Positions 1 through 13,520 are shown, numbered from the stretch's first letter. The stretch is DNA of 64,000 nucleotides from Chiloscyllium plagiosum (GCF_004010195.1 NC_057718.1:37809592-37873591), one strand, 5' to 3'. The notes: generated from the letters alone by a model not told the origin. Translations and numbers: made by a program.

Positions 1-464
1 CTGCTTTGTCACTTGTCCACATCATTAAAAATGACCATTTCAGTGTGAGTGAACTATCTAATGTTAATAGATAGATCTCCATAAAATAAATAAGACAATA
101 GTGACCATCTATCACATTTCAACAATGTTTGATCATTTTTCCAAATAAAGGATTTGAATTTTTTTTTTAAACTTGTTATGATTTGTTTTAAAGCATCGTG
201 AATTTACACAAGCTTTATGCTAAAGTCTGCAACATCTCAAGTTTAAGACTATACTGTCATGGGAGGAACTATGCATAAATATGACAAAAATACTTTCACT
301 GAACTAAACTGGCTCCCAGAGCAATAAATTCAAAGGAAACATAGATAGTAAGTACTAATTAAATTCCAGATAAGGTGCCTGAACCAGAGTGCTGCAGAGA
401 ATAAGTGATAGTCAATCACCAATACTTATAATAATGCTAAATTTGAACTCAAGTTCAAACTTAG

Positions 465-796
465 GGGGCACAGTGGCTCAGCAGTTAGCGCTACTGCCTC
501 ACAGCGCCAGGGACTCAGGTTTGATTCCAGCCTCAGGCGACTGTGTGTGTGGAATTGGTGCATTCTCCCCGTGTCTGCATGGGTTTCCTCCTATAGTCCA
601 AAGATGTACAGGTTAGGTGAATTGGCTGTACTAAATTGCCCATAGTGTTCACGGATGTGTAGGTTGGGTGCATTAGTCAGGGGTAAATATAGGGTAGGGG
701 GAATGGGTCTGGGTGGGTTACTCTTTGGAGGGTCAGTGTGAATTTGTTGGGCCAAAGGGCCTGTTTCCACACTGTAGGGATTCTATTCTATTCTAA
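465..796 (+). mobile_element. tRNA-derived SINE (HE1/V-SINE type)
   Basis: GGGGCACAGTGGCTCAG A-box head, GGTTTGATTCC B-box, central domain, CR1-like tail GGGCCTGTTTCCACACTGTAGGGA + (TTCTA)n. Confidence 0.9.
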
Positions 797-1714
797 GTAT
801 CACTGCCAATTTAGGCTAGTCGATTTTTCTCTGTGATGGGATTGGAGAGTGAGGGAGCGATAAGAACTGATATTGAATTTAATGTTGTTTTAAAAACAGA
901 ACTATGAAAACTACAGGCAATCAGGCAACAAAGAATTGCATGAAGAATAGAATTCAAGAGGAGTTCTAATTTATTTTTAAATTCAAGCATGGTTAGAAGT
1001 GGGTTGGTACGCTATATTCATTGCAAATAATATAGAGACAAAAACAAATCGAATTGATGGAAATAATTAAAGCAATCAGAACTGTTATTTATGTTCAACT
1101 GATAGAAAATAAAGCAGCTTAACAACTTATATTAAGTTTCTTTTCACTAACTGTCCAGTCAGCCTTCAGAGGGGTATGGGTGTGAGACACAAGAATATCT
1201 AGTTCAAATCACATCTTACTAAAGTCAAGCAAACTGACTCACTGTTTGGGAGAATTGCAGCATATTCTTTAGTTTAGTATTATTAAGCACAGTTAAATTG
1301 CATTGGCCGAATTCACTGTTTCCAATCTGTGTGTTCACTTAATGTGAACTAATGTAGATTAAATGATTTGTATCAAACTTCACCTCATTCAGTTGGTTAG
1401 ATCTGCCTTCAGGGAACTAAGTGCACATGCTGAAGTCATAAATACACAGTTCAGAATCATACAAAAAAATCAAAAATGTAACCAGCTCTACTTTCCCATA
1501 GTCTGGGATAGCACAAGGTAAATCCCTACAAATAAGATCTCAGAGTGTCACTGAACTTGATAAGGTGTCCAAAACAAACTTGAATTTGAAACACTGATGC
1601 TAAGATTTATTTAAAGTAATGGGAAGTATTATTTTTCTCCGAACTGTTGACTGCCTTAATTCAACCAATTTGATCTCATACTGGTACTGCTTGTTAGAGA
1701 AGAGTTCTCAATCT

Positions 1715-2490
1715 GCAGATTCTAGATAAACATGAAGTGCTGCATTTTGGAAGGGCAAATTAGGGCAGGACTTATACATTTAATAGTAAGGTCCTGGGGA
1801 CTGTTGCTGAACAAAGATCTTGGAGTGCAGGTTCATAGTTTCTTGAAAGTAGAGTCGCAGTTAGATAGGATGGTGAAGAAGTCTTTTGGTACAATTTCCT
1901 TTATTGGTCAGAGCACTGAGTACAGGACATTGGCTAGGCCACTTTTGGAATATCGTGTGCAATTCTGGTCTCCCTCCTATAGGAAGGATGTTGTGAAGCT
2001 TGAAAGGGTTCAGAAAAGATTTACAAGAATGTTGGCAGGGTGAAGTGTTTAAGCTATACAGAGAGGCTGAAGAGGTTGGGGCTGTTTTCCCTGGAGCATC
2101 GCAGGCTGAGGAGTGACCTCATAGAGGTTTATAAAATCATGAGGGGCACAGATAGGGTAAATAGACAAGGTCTTTTCCTTGAGGTGAGGGAGTCCAGAAC
2201 TAAAGGGCAAAGGTTTACGGTGAGAGGGGAAAGATTTAAAAGGGACCAAAGGGGCAACGTTTTCTCGGAACGAGTGGTGTGTGTATGGAATGAGCTGCCA
2301 GAGGAATGGTGGAGGCTGGTACAATCACAACATTTAAAAGTCACCTGGATGGGTATATGAATAGGAAAGGTTTAGAGGGATATGGGCCAAATGCTAGCAA
2401 ATGGGACCAGATTAATTCAGGATATCTGGTCGGCATGGACAAGTTGGACTGAAGGGTCTGTTTCCATGCTGTATATCTCTATGATTCTAT
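1715..2490 (+). mobile_element. CR1 LINE 3' fragment (RT C-terminus and tail)
   Basis: RPLLEY.VQFWSP.Y.KDV..LERVQKRFTRM and LGLFSLE.RRLR.DLIEVYKIM motifs, frameshifted; tail GTTTCCATGCTGTA..TCTATGATTCTAT. Confidence 0.92.
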
Positions 2491-3529
2491 TAGTCTATTG
2501 TCACAGAACCGGCATCAACACTCAAGACATTGGGAAGCTGATAATGCAGTCCCAGCACATTAGCACTAAGACCACATATTAGTTAGATACTATTTGGATT
2601 CATATTTAGTAAGGTGGGAAAATTCAAGCGCCCTTTTACAGCTGTCCTGCTAAAATGCAATGGATCAAAAGGAATTAACACAAAACTATGATATTCACTT
2701 AAACTGTAACCTGAAACACAGCAAATCAGCTAGGGAATTAAGGGTCACTCAATATTGAAGAGCTGCCACATAGTAATGTGGATGGTAACAGCATAAAGAA
2801 TAAATGTTGTCACCTGAATGAAGGTGGGAGAAAATGAGAATGAAAAATACTGGTCTTTGATAAATATTGCTCACATTTTGTATTATTTTACAGTACTGCC
2901 ATACATTGCATGCTATATCTCACATGAAGCTTAGTTCAACATTACTCAGAATGCACAGCATTCTAGCATCTGTTCATTGCTTTTTTTAAGTGCACAAGAC
3001 TAGTTTGGGCCCTCCTTCAGCTGCTCAGGTCATAAACAGAACCTTACATAGCATGATGACTTGAGACCATTACGTACAAACATCTATCAACTTGCAAAGT
3101 TTGAAAACAAGTCCATTATCTATCTCTATGAACTGATATTTGAAGACTAAGTGAACTGTAGAATATGCACAGAGTGGGGCCATTGCATGATCTACTTTGT
3201 AACCCCCAGTAGCAGAGGTCTTAAGTTCAATTCTCTGTTGAACATTTTGACTAGGCATTCATGTTTGCTTTTGAATATATAGCATTTTTTTCTTCCAGTT
3301 ATAGTTGGGCTGAAAGAGCTATAACACTGTTTAACTCGTTAGAGACCTAGAATTGCTTTTCAGCACTATTGTCTCTCCAAATAATAACTTCAAGATCAAG
3401 AAATCAGGATCATACAAAGATAGGAAGCAAGCATATCCACAACTTTGTGCCTCCAATTCAAAGACTAACTTAGTTGTGTTAACCTTGTTTTACAGCCAGA
3501 AGTGCAGAATAGAGGCCTATATAGCCACA

Positions 3530-4595
3530 AATAACTCTAGTACGTCGGATGGATCAGTTTTTGTCCAATGTGTACAGGAGGGTTTTCTGACACAGTATGT
3601 CGAAGGGCCGACAAGAGAGAAGGCCACACTAGATCTGGTGCTTGGTAATAAACCAGGCCAGGTGTTTGATTTAGTTGTAGGTGAGCACTTTTGAGAGAGT
3701 GACCATAATTCAGTTATGTTTAGTTTAGCGATGGAAAGGGATAGGTACATGCCACAGGTCAAGAGTTATCGATGGGGCAAGGGCAATTATAATGCAATTA
3801 GGCAAGAATTAGGATGCATAGAATGGGGTAGCAAAATGCAGGGGATGCAGACAATGGAAATGTGGAGCTGGTTTAAGGAACAGAAATTGCATATCTTTGA
3901 CAAGAATGTCCCTGTCAGGCACGGAGGAAGTGATAAGGTAAGGGAATCGTGGTTTACAACAGAAATTGTGTTACGAAGAAGAAGGAGGCTTATGTGTTGA
4001 TGATGCAGGATAGTTCAGATGAGGCGATGGAGAGTTACACATCAGNNNNNNNNNNNNNNNNNNNNNNNNNNNNNNNNNNNNNNNNNNNNNNNNNNNNNNN
4101 NNNNNNNNNNNNNNNNNNNNNNNNNNNNNNNNNNNNNNNNNNNNNNNNNNNNNNNNNNNNNNNNNNNNNNNNNNNNNNNNNNNNNNNNNNNNNNNNNNNN
4201 NNNNNNNNNNNNNNNNNNNNNNNNNNNNNNNNNNNNNNNNNNNNNNNNNNNNNNNNNNNNNNNNNNNNNNNNNNNNNNNNNNNNNNNNNNNNNNNNNNNN
4301 NNNNNNNNNNNNNNNNNNNNNNNNNNNNNNNNNNNNNNNNNNNNNNNNNNNNNNNNNNNNNNNNNNNNNNNNNNNNNNNNNNNNNNNNNNNNNNNNNNNN
4401 NNNNNNNNNNNNNNNNNNNNNNNNNNNNNNNNNNNNNNNNNNNNNNNNNNNNNNNNNNNNNNNNNNNNNNNNNNNNNNNNNNNNNNNNNNNNNNNNNNNN
4501 NNNNNNNNNNNNNNNNNNNNNNNNNNNNNNNNNNNNNNNNNNNNNCAACATCGAGAGCCAAAGGGCCTGTTCTGTGCTGTATTGTTCTATGTTCT
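3530..4595 (+). mobile_element. CR1 LINE spanning the assembly gap
   Basis: QYVEGPTREKATLDLVL and SDHN endonuclease-domain motifs left of the gap; GGGCCTGTTCTGTGCTGTA-TTCTATG tail right of it. Confidence 0.88.
4046..4545. other. Assembly gap (500 N) inside a CR1 element
   Basis: Run of N; flanks are CR1 ORF2 sequence (left) and CR1 3' tail (right). Confidence 0.99.
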
Positions 4596-4679
4596 AAATG
4601 CATCATCAATATATCTTTCATAATAGGAGAATGAGCAGCAGTCATCTCTCTTGCTATCTATTTTCATTCAGAAAAAGAA

Positions 4680-4990
4680 CAAGCTCTGCCAAGAAAGGCA
4701 TCTGTCATCTACTTGGAGAAGCGCTGGTTGTGCAATTTGGCATATTTCCCTGCCGTTGCTAGAAAGGATCCAGTAGCATTGAAGTTAAAGGCTGTGGTTA
4801 CCTTGACAGCCACGGGAAGAGCTGTTCGCACCATGAAAGTTTTATGAAGGAGATGTGAAATGTGAGGTAAGAGCGAATGCGGCAAGACTACTTCAGTGCA
4901 AACAGACCTCCCTTTTAAGTCTCCTCAGATCCTCTTCTTCCTTCTCTATAATCAGCACATAGACAGGTTTACCCAACAGGATATCCATCT
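4680..4990 (-). mobile_element. PIF/Harbinger (HARBI1-like) transposase relic
   Basis: Minus strand 4741-4825 translates TALPVAVKVTTAFNFNATGSF, matching the LPVAVKVT.ALNF.A.GSF helix-turn-helix region of HARBI1-like transposases; flanks are frameshifted. Confidence 0.7.
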
Positions 4991-5189
4991 TAAAAACTGT
5001 GTTGTTGAAATATAAATTGCAACTGCCACCAAGCCATCTCAAACAGAAAATAGGAAGCTGCAGAAAAATCAAAAAAATGCAAAAACCAAGCTATGCCTGA
5101 AGCCTGCAAGGAATTGATTGAATAAGAGTGCAGCAGCAAAATAACATTATCTCTCTTTTAAAGTTTTCTTGATTTTTTCAAAGGGTGTG

Positions 5190-5488
5190 AAGATTGTTGC
5201 CCATTTCTAATTGCCCTTGAACTCAGGGCAGTTAAGAGTCAGACCAGGTAAGGATGGCAGATATTCTTCCCAAAGGAAATTAGTGAACCAGGTCAGTTTT
5301 TAAAACAATAGCCAGTAGTTGTCATGGCCACCATTATTGTGACTCAGTTTACAAATCCTGATTTATTAATTGAATTTAAATTGCACCAGCTATTGTTATG
5401 GGATGTAAAACAGCGTTCCCAAGGCACCAGCCTGGGACTCTGGATTATTAGTCCAATGACATTACCACTATGCCACCATCTCCCCACC
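5190..5488 (-). mobile_element. tRNA-derived SINE (second family)
   Basis: Minus strand starts GGTGGCATAGTGGTAATGTCATTGGACT (A-box-like) and ends ...GGGCAATTAGAAATGGGCAA, a LINE-derived tail similar to the one at 22430-22600. Confidence 0.7.
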
Positions 5489-6849
5489 AAACTGCAAATG
5501 TTCAAAATGGCTAAAATGGCTGTAGTATTTGTTTCAAATCTGTGATGAACAACTTAACTGTGTACCTTATAATAGCAAAAAAGTATCAACAGGTAGTGCA
5601 GGATTTTACAGTGACCATCGGTGTGTTTTTTGGCAGGTTTGGGGTATGGGAGGGGATAGACACATAAAAAATGACAGGTAGCTAGCCCATGTTCCCACCC
5701 ACTACCAACCCAGTGCACTGGCAAAAGTGGAAGGGCTTTTTTTTAAACCAAATTGATGATAATATGGAATGAAACCATGTACACCCTTGGGAGGTGACCT
5801 GTGAGCACTAGAGCTGATGTGCCACCCGAAAAGATGTTATCTCCCACCCCATCACCTTTGTGCCTCCTTTTCCTACCTCCAATACCCTCAGCCTTTTGCT
5901 CCCCTTCCTTTCATGTCCAATTTCACCCTATCCAAAATAAGCAAACTTACCTGTCTCCTGGGTCTATGCTCTCTTCTTCAGGAAAATAACTGCAGTTTCA
6001 ACTGCAGTTACTATGTAAAATCAACACCTCAGGTGTTTAGGCTGCTGAAAGCGTATTATCATTGTAGGGTCCCATTTCTTTTTAATTGGTTGGTTTGCAA
6101 CTGACATTTGTAAGGAGGTAGGGAGCAAATTAAGTGGTCAATTAATGGCCATTTAAGGACTTCAACATGCTAACTCTCTGGCAAGTGAGAAAAGATTCCA
6201 GTTTCCTAATTGAGAACCATGGGGACATGCCTAAAAGGTTCAGGTGGAGGAACAGATTGGAGGACAAAGGGATGGCTCCAAAAGTCATCCCATTACCCTT
6301 GCCTCCAACTCCCTAACATCCCTTCTCCCTATGATCCCTACTGTGACAAAAAATAAAAATACTTACCTTCTCATCACTGGATCCCCTGAGGAATAGGCCT
6401 TAAATGGCTGACTTTAGGATTCTGAAAATGCTGGCCTTTGAATGGTCAGTAGCTACTGGTGGCAAGAATATTTGCCCTTGCTTGCCTGTCAGCTCCTAAT
6501 GAGTTGATAGGCGGGCAATAAGGTGAGTTTGACATAAGTCCAGCACGTTTTATAAGAAAAGGGAAAATTTTGCTTATACTTTGGGTACTTTAGGAGAGGA
6601 AGCTGCTCAAATCCTGCTCACCGCAATGTATGTCCCCGACCTTTCTCTGCTACCAATGCACCCGAACTCATATTTGGTTTTACAAAACTTAACTATAACA
6701 GTGAGCACAAAATTGAACAAGGCTTGAAAACAAGTCAAAGGCCACAATGCAAAAATACTTTGTGCCCACTTCTTCTGATCAGGCTGATACAAACTTCATG
6801 CCACTTCGTCATACTTGCAGCTAGCACTAAATGTGCTACTGATAAGCTA

Positions 6850-8350
6850 CACAACTGAGTAGAGGTTGCAACATCGTGAGAGGCTAGTACAAGTTAAAAT
6901 ACTACTTAAAGCTAAACTGCAACTCATAAACATGTTATGGCTGAAGCAGATGCTGTAGGTCACCTTGATGGTAACTCTAATGTGAGGAACACATAATAAT
7001 GGCATCTCATTCGAGAAAATGAGCTCCAGGAGTTTTCACCCTTGCAAAATGACAGCATTCATCCTTCTACCACTGCAACTCCAACAATCCATGCCAACCA
7101 GCCCAATCTATTCCCTCTCGTTCCTAAACCGGCGTTCTATGCTTAAAGCTATTTACGGTTATCTTGCAAAGTCATCCGGAGTCTCTCCCACTAAAAGCCA
7201 GGTGCTGTCCACCAAACATCCAGCAGCCATTGCATAAAACACACGGACAAACAAAGGCATAGAAGCACACAGAGAATGAACAAAGATGATCAGTTGACAT
7301 TTATATGCAGCATGGCACAGCTTGAAAGATAAAATTAGTTTGGAATGTTTATTTTGTGGTGACTTTTTTTTCCATAACTTACTTTGTGACTAAGTAGACT
7401 GTGTGATATCACATTGGCAAAATAGAGTTGGATGGAGGTAAATAGGAATTGGGTTACGTTTCCTCACAGTGCAGTAAGATGACTTGATCAGACAATCCAA
7501 CCAGAGATGGTCTTCGTTGTTACTTCTTCACTTTCCCGTCTACTCCTCCCCTCCTGTAGCTGGTCTCCATACTACTGGTAGCAAGAGCAATCTATTTGTG
7601 TTGGTGAAGTTTTGATGCACACAGACTACTGTGAATCTTGCTCTGCTAAATATGACAAGAATTCAGGACACCAGAATGCAACCATCTTGTCAAAGGGTAG
7701 CTTTTGCCACCCAGAAGCAAAACTCTGGTCATGAGGGCCTAAATGCAGATGGCGTAGTGGATGGCAACAGAATTAAGGTTTCATGGCTGCTGCTTGAACA
7801 GTTGCACACCAGTTCAACATAAGGAGCTGAAATGACATTCTGCAAATGTGCATGCAGCAGCACCCCGCATCTTTGGAAGATTGCAATCCACATGGTGCAA
7901 CGTGCTTATACACCTGCTTCTCTCTGACAACAGAAAATGAAATGTTCTCAGCTCTCTTGGAATACAGAACATCTATGACTTGCCTCATACAAAAGGTCAG
8001 TGCAAAACTGTAAGATGTCACAATTAATACATGGTGGAAGAACCAGATGGAGAAACATTCATGGTCTTCAGAGCCAGTAACAACATTGTCCTTGTCCTGC
8101 ATTGAGGCCGCAATAGCTGGCAGATTTCAGTGAAGATATCCCTAGTCAAGTGGAGACATCCAGCACACGATTTCCCCACTGAGGTTCAAGAAGGGGTCCT
8201 TCTAGAGGATTGTTTGTCCACCTCTTCCCTCTTCTAGTGGCTTGCACCTCTCTGTGTTGACCCTTTTCCTCCCAATCTGACTCATGCACAGGGGAAACGC
8301 AGGCTGCTGCACCATGTCCGGGAGAAGCCATTGTGTAGAATCCTGTGTAA
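6850..8350 (-). mobile_element. Decayed PIF/Harbinger transposase
   Basis: ORF 7773..8102 gives MRQVIDVLYSKRAENISFSVVREKQ, followed after a frameshift by LPKMRGAAACT. Compare the HARBI1-like pattern IRQVTDALY.RR..YISF...REKQ...FP.VQGAIDCTH. Further weak traces run down to ~6860. Confidence 0.65.
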
Positions 8351-9039
8351 TTGTGTAAATTAAGATCAAAGTCCTTCAACACTTATCATACTCCTATTTA
8401 AACTCCTATAAACCTTAGCTACTTAACAATCATATAAAGCACCAAACACCTCTATTATCATAGAAACAGCTAACAAAAATCAGACAGCAACTAACTTAAA
8501 TGTAGTTAATGATCCCTGTAAATAGCACTGGTCAAGGCATTTTCAGTCTGCAAGGTTAACAGAGGGCATTATTTGTGAGTACTGAGTGCCAAAATGGAAA
8601 TGCTGGTCTCAAATCAGTACCAACGCTGACTGAAAGTGCAACTGCCTACCATGATTTCTTTCAGTAGATGCTCACTATGCGAGCACCTGCATATAAATGG
8701 CATCCAGCACCAGAAGGGTGCACATGTGCACATTTTTGGAGGAAAATGGTACTAAATTAGTTTCTTTATTTGCACCTCACTGCCTTTGTTTAAACTTTTA
8801 TCTATCCGGATACAGACAATAAAGCAAATGCTAACTGTTTCACATTTGTTGCCATAAACTCCAGAAGAACCATACAGTTATAGTGGGTAATTAAGCAATC
8901 AGAGCACAAAGAACTTATAAAAGACTAGGAATAAATAATTCCTAATTTTTGCAGACTGAAATATTGCTATTGAAACCACATAAAAATATGAATTACTACT
9001 TTTTATACCAAAATGGTATTTATATATTCAAATATTTAC

Positions 9040-9188
9040 CTCTCTGAAATTCCTCTTGGGAAGGCAGATTCCCTTGGAACACATGATATGGAAGAAGCCG
9101 TTGCATGGCATCCCCTAGCGAACTGAAGGGTGTTTTATAGTCAGGTTGTAGAACATTTCTTTGTTCTTCTTGTAATTGCTGAAGAATC
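9040..9188 (-). CDS. BICRAL: BICRAL coding exon 8, start of the GLTSCR1 conserved domain (ILQQLQEEQRNVLQPDYKTPFSSLGDAMQRLLPYHVFQGNLPSQEEFQR)
   Basis: tttttacttaag|G ATT CTT CAG...CAG AGA G|gtaaat. 149 nt; the F.SL.DA..RLL.YHV.QG motif is diagnostic of the GLTSCR1 domain. Downstream exons were not found in 1-9039. Confidence 0.95.
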
Positions 9189-9910
9189 CTTAAGTAAAAA
9201 CATAAAAAGCAACGATCAAATGAGACAACTTGTTAATTTACAGTTTAAAAATAACTTGCACATTTATCTAGCCTATTTCAATGGCTAGAATCATTCAATG
9301 AAATGTACTGCATGATAGCTGTGTGCCTCCCAAAAAACTACTGACTACACTTTTTGCACTAGGGTAGTGGGTTTAATTAGGCCCATAGCTTTTCAAATAT
9401 ATATTGAGGAATGATGTGGTATATATTTATATTCAAGTTATGTTTCTGTGGAGAAGATTTTCATAGCTTAATTAATTAAATTGTTAAAAGAAGGGGGCAT
9501 TTAGTACCACAATAGGTCTGCACTGAGACATTTGTATGAATCCAAACAGACTGATTGATTGAAGGTTTTGTCCATGCCTATTGGATATTTTTCTACAAAA
9601 AGTTACTAATATTAGTCTGACCTAGTTATGTAACTATGGACCCACAACACAAAATCTTGAGAACTACTAACAAGAGAGACATGCAGTTGAAGCTTTTTGG
9701 CTTGCAGTCTCAGGAATGAAATACAAAAATACCAAATCTCAGAGGCAGCAACAAATTAATCTACATGTGAAGAAGGTGTTGCTTGGTTACCAAGGGGACA
9801 GATTGGGAATGCAACAGGGAACAGTTAGAGTTAAGGATTTGTTTGAATCCAAACTAGGAAAATCACCTCCTTTGATTGGCCAAAGCCTTGCCATAGGGAA
9901 AGCACCAAGG

Positions 9911-10257
9911 ATTAGATTAGATTAGATTAGATTAGATTACATTACATTACATTACATGACAGTGTGGAAACAGGCCCTTCGGCCCAACAAGTCCACACCG
10001 ACCCGCCGAAGCACAACCCACCCATACCCCTACATGTAGCCCTTACCTAACACTACGGGCAATTTAGCATGGCCAATTCACCTGACCCTGCACATCTTTG
10101 GATGGTGGGAGGAAACCGGAGCACCCGGAGGTAACCCACGCAGACACGGGGAGAACGTGCAAACTCCACACAGTCAGTCGCCTGAGGCGGGAATTGAACC
10201 CGGGTCTCAGGCGCTGTGAGGCAGCAGTGCTAACTGCTGTGCCACCGTGCCGCCCAC
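9911..10257 (-). mobile_element. HE1/V-SINE-type SINE, young-looking copy with microsatellite tail
   Basis: GGGCGGCACGGTGGCACAGC head, GGGTTCAATTCC B-box, CpGs retained; tail appears as (ATTAG)n(ATTAC)n on the + strand. Confidence 0.93.
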
Positions 10258-10532
10258 TAAGATTAGCTGTGCCCCAAGCTTTTTTATAGTTGAAAAAGAT
10301 GCAATGCATGAACATGCCCTTTCCATTAGCAAAGGGATAAGAGAGGATAATGAAGGATATGCAGGAGACAAAGCCATCGAAAGCAGAGGCAGAGATGTGA
10401 TGGAATAGAGCAACAGAAGCAATGACTTAAGAATGTGCAGTGTTGGCTCAGAAGAAAGACAGCTATAGAAAGTATTAGATAGGAATACACATGAACAAAA
10501 TGTGCAGTAAACAGTTGAACAAATATACATAC

Positions 10533-10594
10533 AAACTTTCTTTAGTAAGTTGCTTTGAAGCAGGTCTCTTCTGTCCAACATTTTGGCCTTCGAA
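10533..10594 (-). CDS. BICRAL: BICRAL coding exon 7 (FEGQNVGQKRPASKQLTKES)
   Basis: tttcattgtag|TTC GAA...AGT TT|gtatgt. 62 nt; GQKRPA.KQLTK motif as in BICRAL. Confidence 0.93.
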
Positions 10595-11732
10595 CTACAA
10601 TGAAACAAACTAATGACATAAAACTATATACATGTACATCACAAATAATACAAGTAATACATAGCAACTTTAACAATATGTCGACAAGTATAGCCTAACC
10701 TATCTCCAAAAAGATCATAATACACTTGTGGCATTGTGGAACAGTTCACACTAATTTTTGTTTGCAGAATGCCACTTCAAATTACAGCTTTCTAATCCAC
10801 TTGGAAACAATCAGTCAATCAATAAATAGATTTCAGTTTGCTGAACAATAGCAAACCAAGCTGGTGTTCAATGTAAAGAAAAAGCTCCTTTCTAATATCT
10901 GAATATTAAGCATGTTTGACTGAACTAGCTAAGAAGTTATTCAAGGTAGAATTTTAGACCTGCTCAGTTTACTGTGGTGTTTTGAAAAGTAAATACCAAT
11001 TTATGGCAACTCAATCTCTTGAAGATATACCATTAGAGTAAATGAATATTTTCATATTGCATATGAGAAAATATTTAAAATAATTAAATAGTTCAAATTG
11101 TTAGCAAATTCACGATAATTTTAAATAGAATATCATTCTTTGCATTTTCCATGAATCTTTCTGACAACTACATTTTTACTAAACATCTTGTACAGAAAGA
11201 ATTTTGCATATTTCTCACATTCAAAACTACAAAAGCAGATACATACGAAAAAAAAACAAATTACTTTTTGTAATATAAGGAGAATCCTTTCAATTGACAT
11301 CTCATTTAATATTCTGATGCAAAGACATTGGAGCAATCCATAAAAATATTGTATTGAATGTGGCTTTGTAAATAGTGAAGTTTTCTTTATGAAGTAAGTT
11401 TTTAAAAGTTTATTCTAATATTGACACATCAACTATTCACTACATTTAAGCTGGTCTGCATGGACAAGTTGGACCGAAGGGTCTATTTCCGTGCTGTACA
11501 TCTCTATGACTCTAAGCTTAACTATTAAGGGAAAAATATATAAAAGTTTTGTCATAATTTCACTGCTTCTTTTGGGAAGATTACTTACATATTCAATAAT
11601 TATTAAAATTCATAATTGACAGCCACATTTTAAGGTACTGTATTTTGCTTAACTTATTATCAAGACAAGCTGATAGCATAACAATTGTAAAATTGCATCG
11701 GACGGAAAAACGACACCATAAAGGCAACTTAC

Positions 11733-11854
11733 TTGTGAAATTTTCTGCATCTCTGGCTGTCCTAACATCTTATCCTGCAGTGAATGCAGCTGTCCCAAGT
11801 GTTGTTGTAAAGTACCAGCTGTTTTGTGAAGTTGGCTGTCATTCATTTGCGCAG
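11733..11854 (-). CDS. BICRAL: BICRAL coding exon 6 (AAQMNDSQLHK...EMQKISQ)
   Basis: tatattacag|CT GCG CAA...TCA CAA|gtaagt. 122 nt, phase 1 in, phase 0 out; bridges exons 5 and 7 without stops. Sequence is poorly conserved, so the call rests on splice sites and phase. Confidence 0.82.
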
Positions 11855-12784
11855 CTGTAATATACAGAAATATAGAACACAACTTTGTAAAGTACACTTA
11901 AAGAAATAGTATCATAGAGCATGTTAAATTTGCTAATTTACTAAAGAAACAAGGCGTTTGCCTTTAATTAGTTGTTCAACTTATAACTAATCATAGGGAA
12001 TTCTATTTCTGAGTTGATAAACTCTATACTGTACATCATTATAGAAAATCTCCAAGACACAATACAAAGGCTTCATATATATTTTCACGCAACTAATTTT
12101 AAAAATCTTAACGAAAACCTATACTTACCTCTCTGATGGTAATGTTCATTAAAACAAAATAAAATACATTATGTGCCTCAATTCTGCTGAAATTCAGTGT
12201 CGTGACAATAAGAGTCACATAACCTTCATAGCTGTTCCTAATACACCTTATGTTTAAGAAATACCGTATAAATGGATTTAAACAAACAGTTGCAATTCAT
12301 TTGGTTCATACATGTCAAAAAGCATTCCTAATCTTTTTAGAAACAGTTGCTTTAGTTAGATACATGCATATTGTAACACGGAAGATGTTACTGCTGTAAA
12401 TGGCTACATCTTTCTAAAGGCAATTTTTTAATAGATGTACTATTAGAAAGCAAGAGAAAACACTAGGAAAAGCCATTTTGTCAAACTTTTTCCTCAAATA
12501 TGGATCAAAAAATGAATAATATTTCTTTTGTTTATTCTCCACTAAAGGAAAGTAAAAGTCAAAAAGACCTAATTCATTTTACATTCAAGTTACATTTAAT
12601 AGAAAACTTTGACATAATACATGTGCCAAGACACCATGGGAGAAAGTACATTTTTTACTTATACATCCTACACAACATGACGTGACACTTTCAGGAAGTA
12701 AGAAGCCAAAGTATTTCACAGGAAAACCATTATCTGTCTTCATGAATTTTTAAAAGTTTCAGTTTGCTTTGACCTGATATTAGA

Positions 12785-13520
12785 GAGTCATAGAGTCCTA
12801 CAGCACGGAGACAAGCCCTTAGGCCCAAACTGTTCCATACTTACCAAAATGTCCACCCACACTAACCCCATTTCCTTGAAGTTGACCCCTTTTCCTTCTA
12901 AAGCTTTCCTATCCATGTGTTTGTCCAAATACCTTTTAAATGTTGTTAATGCACCCGCCTCAAACTCTTCTGCTGGCAGGTCATTCCATGTGCATTAACA
13001 CTTTCTGTGCAATAAAGTTGCCTCTCAGGTTCCCTTTTATTCTTTTCCCTCTCAGTTAAACTGATGCTCTCAAGTCCTCGATTGCCCAACCCTGGAATAA
13101 AAACTGAATGCATTCTCATTATCCATGCCTCTCATGAGGCATGATCTCATGATCCCATACATTTCTATAAGATCCTCACCATCATCTCCTACGCTCTAAA
13201 GAACAAAGTCCTAGTTTGTCCAACCTCTTCTTATAATAACTCAGACCATTGAGCTGTGACAACATCCTTGTAAATTTCTTCTGCGCTCTTTCCAGTTGAA
13301 TAACTTCCTTCCAAAGCAAGGTGACCAAAACTGAACACAATACTCCAAGTGCAACCTCACCAACATCCTGTACAATCTGCAACATAGCTTCCCAACTTCT
13401 ATACTCAACGCCCTGACTGATGAAGGCTAGTGTATCAAAAGCCTTCTTCACTGCCTTGTCTACCTGTGCCTCCACTTTCAGAGAACCGTGCACCTGAACT
13501 CCAAGGTTCCTCTGTTCCAT
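12785..13520 (-). mobile_element. CR1 LINE 3' fragment
   Basis: ORF 13182..13520 (LGVQVH.SLKV..QVDKAVKKA, LGL.SLERRR) plus tail CCGTGCTGTAGGACTCTATGACTCT. Confidence 0.9.

Noticed and set aside
465..540. tRNA-like sequences at SINE heads (also near 10180-10257, 43080-43152, 51520-51590)
   Set aside because: They continue into SINE bodies and LINE-type tails; not tRNA genes.
3949..4645. Long ORFs of 169-224 aa in the ORF track
   Set aside because: Artefacts of translating through the 500-N gap.
12129..12200. Strong AG|GTAAGT donor after a U-rich tract on the minus strand
   Set aside because: The nearest acceptors give 0-, 2- or 4-nt exons (none adds codons in frame) and exons 5 and 6 already join in phase; a recursive splice site cannot be supported in a 2-kb intron.
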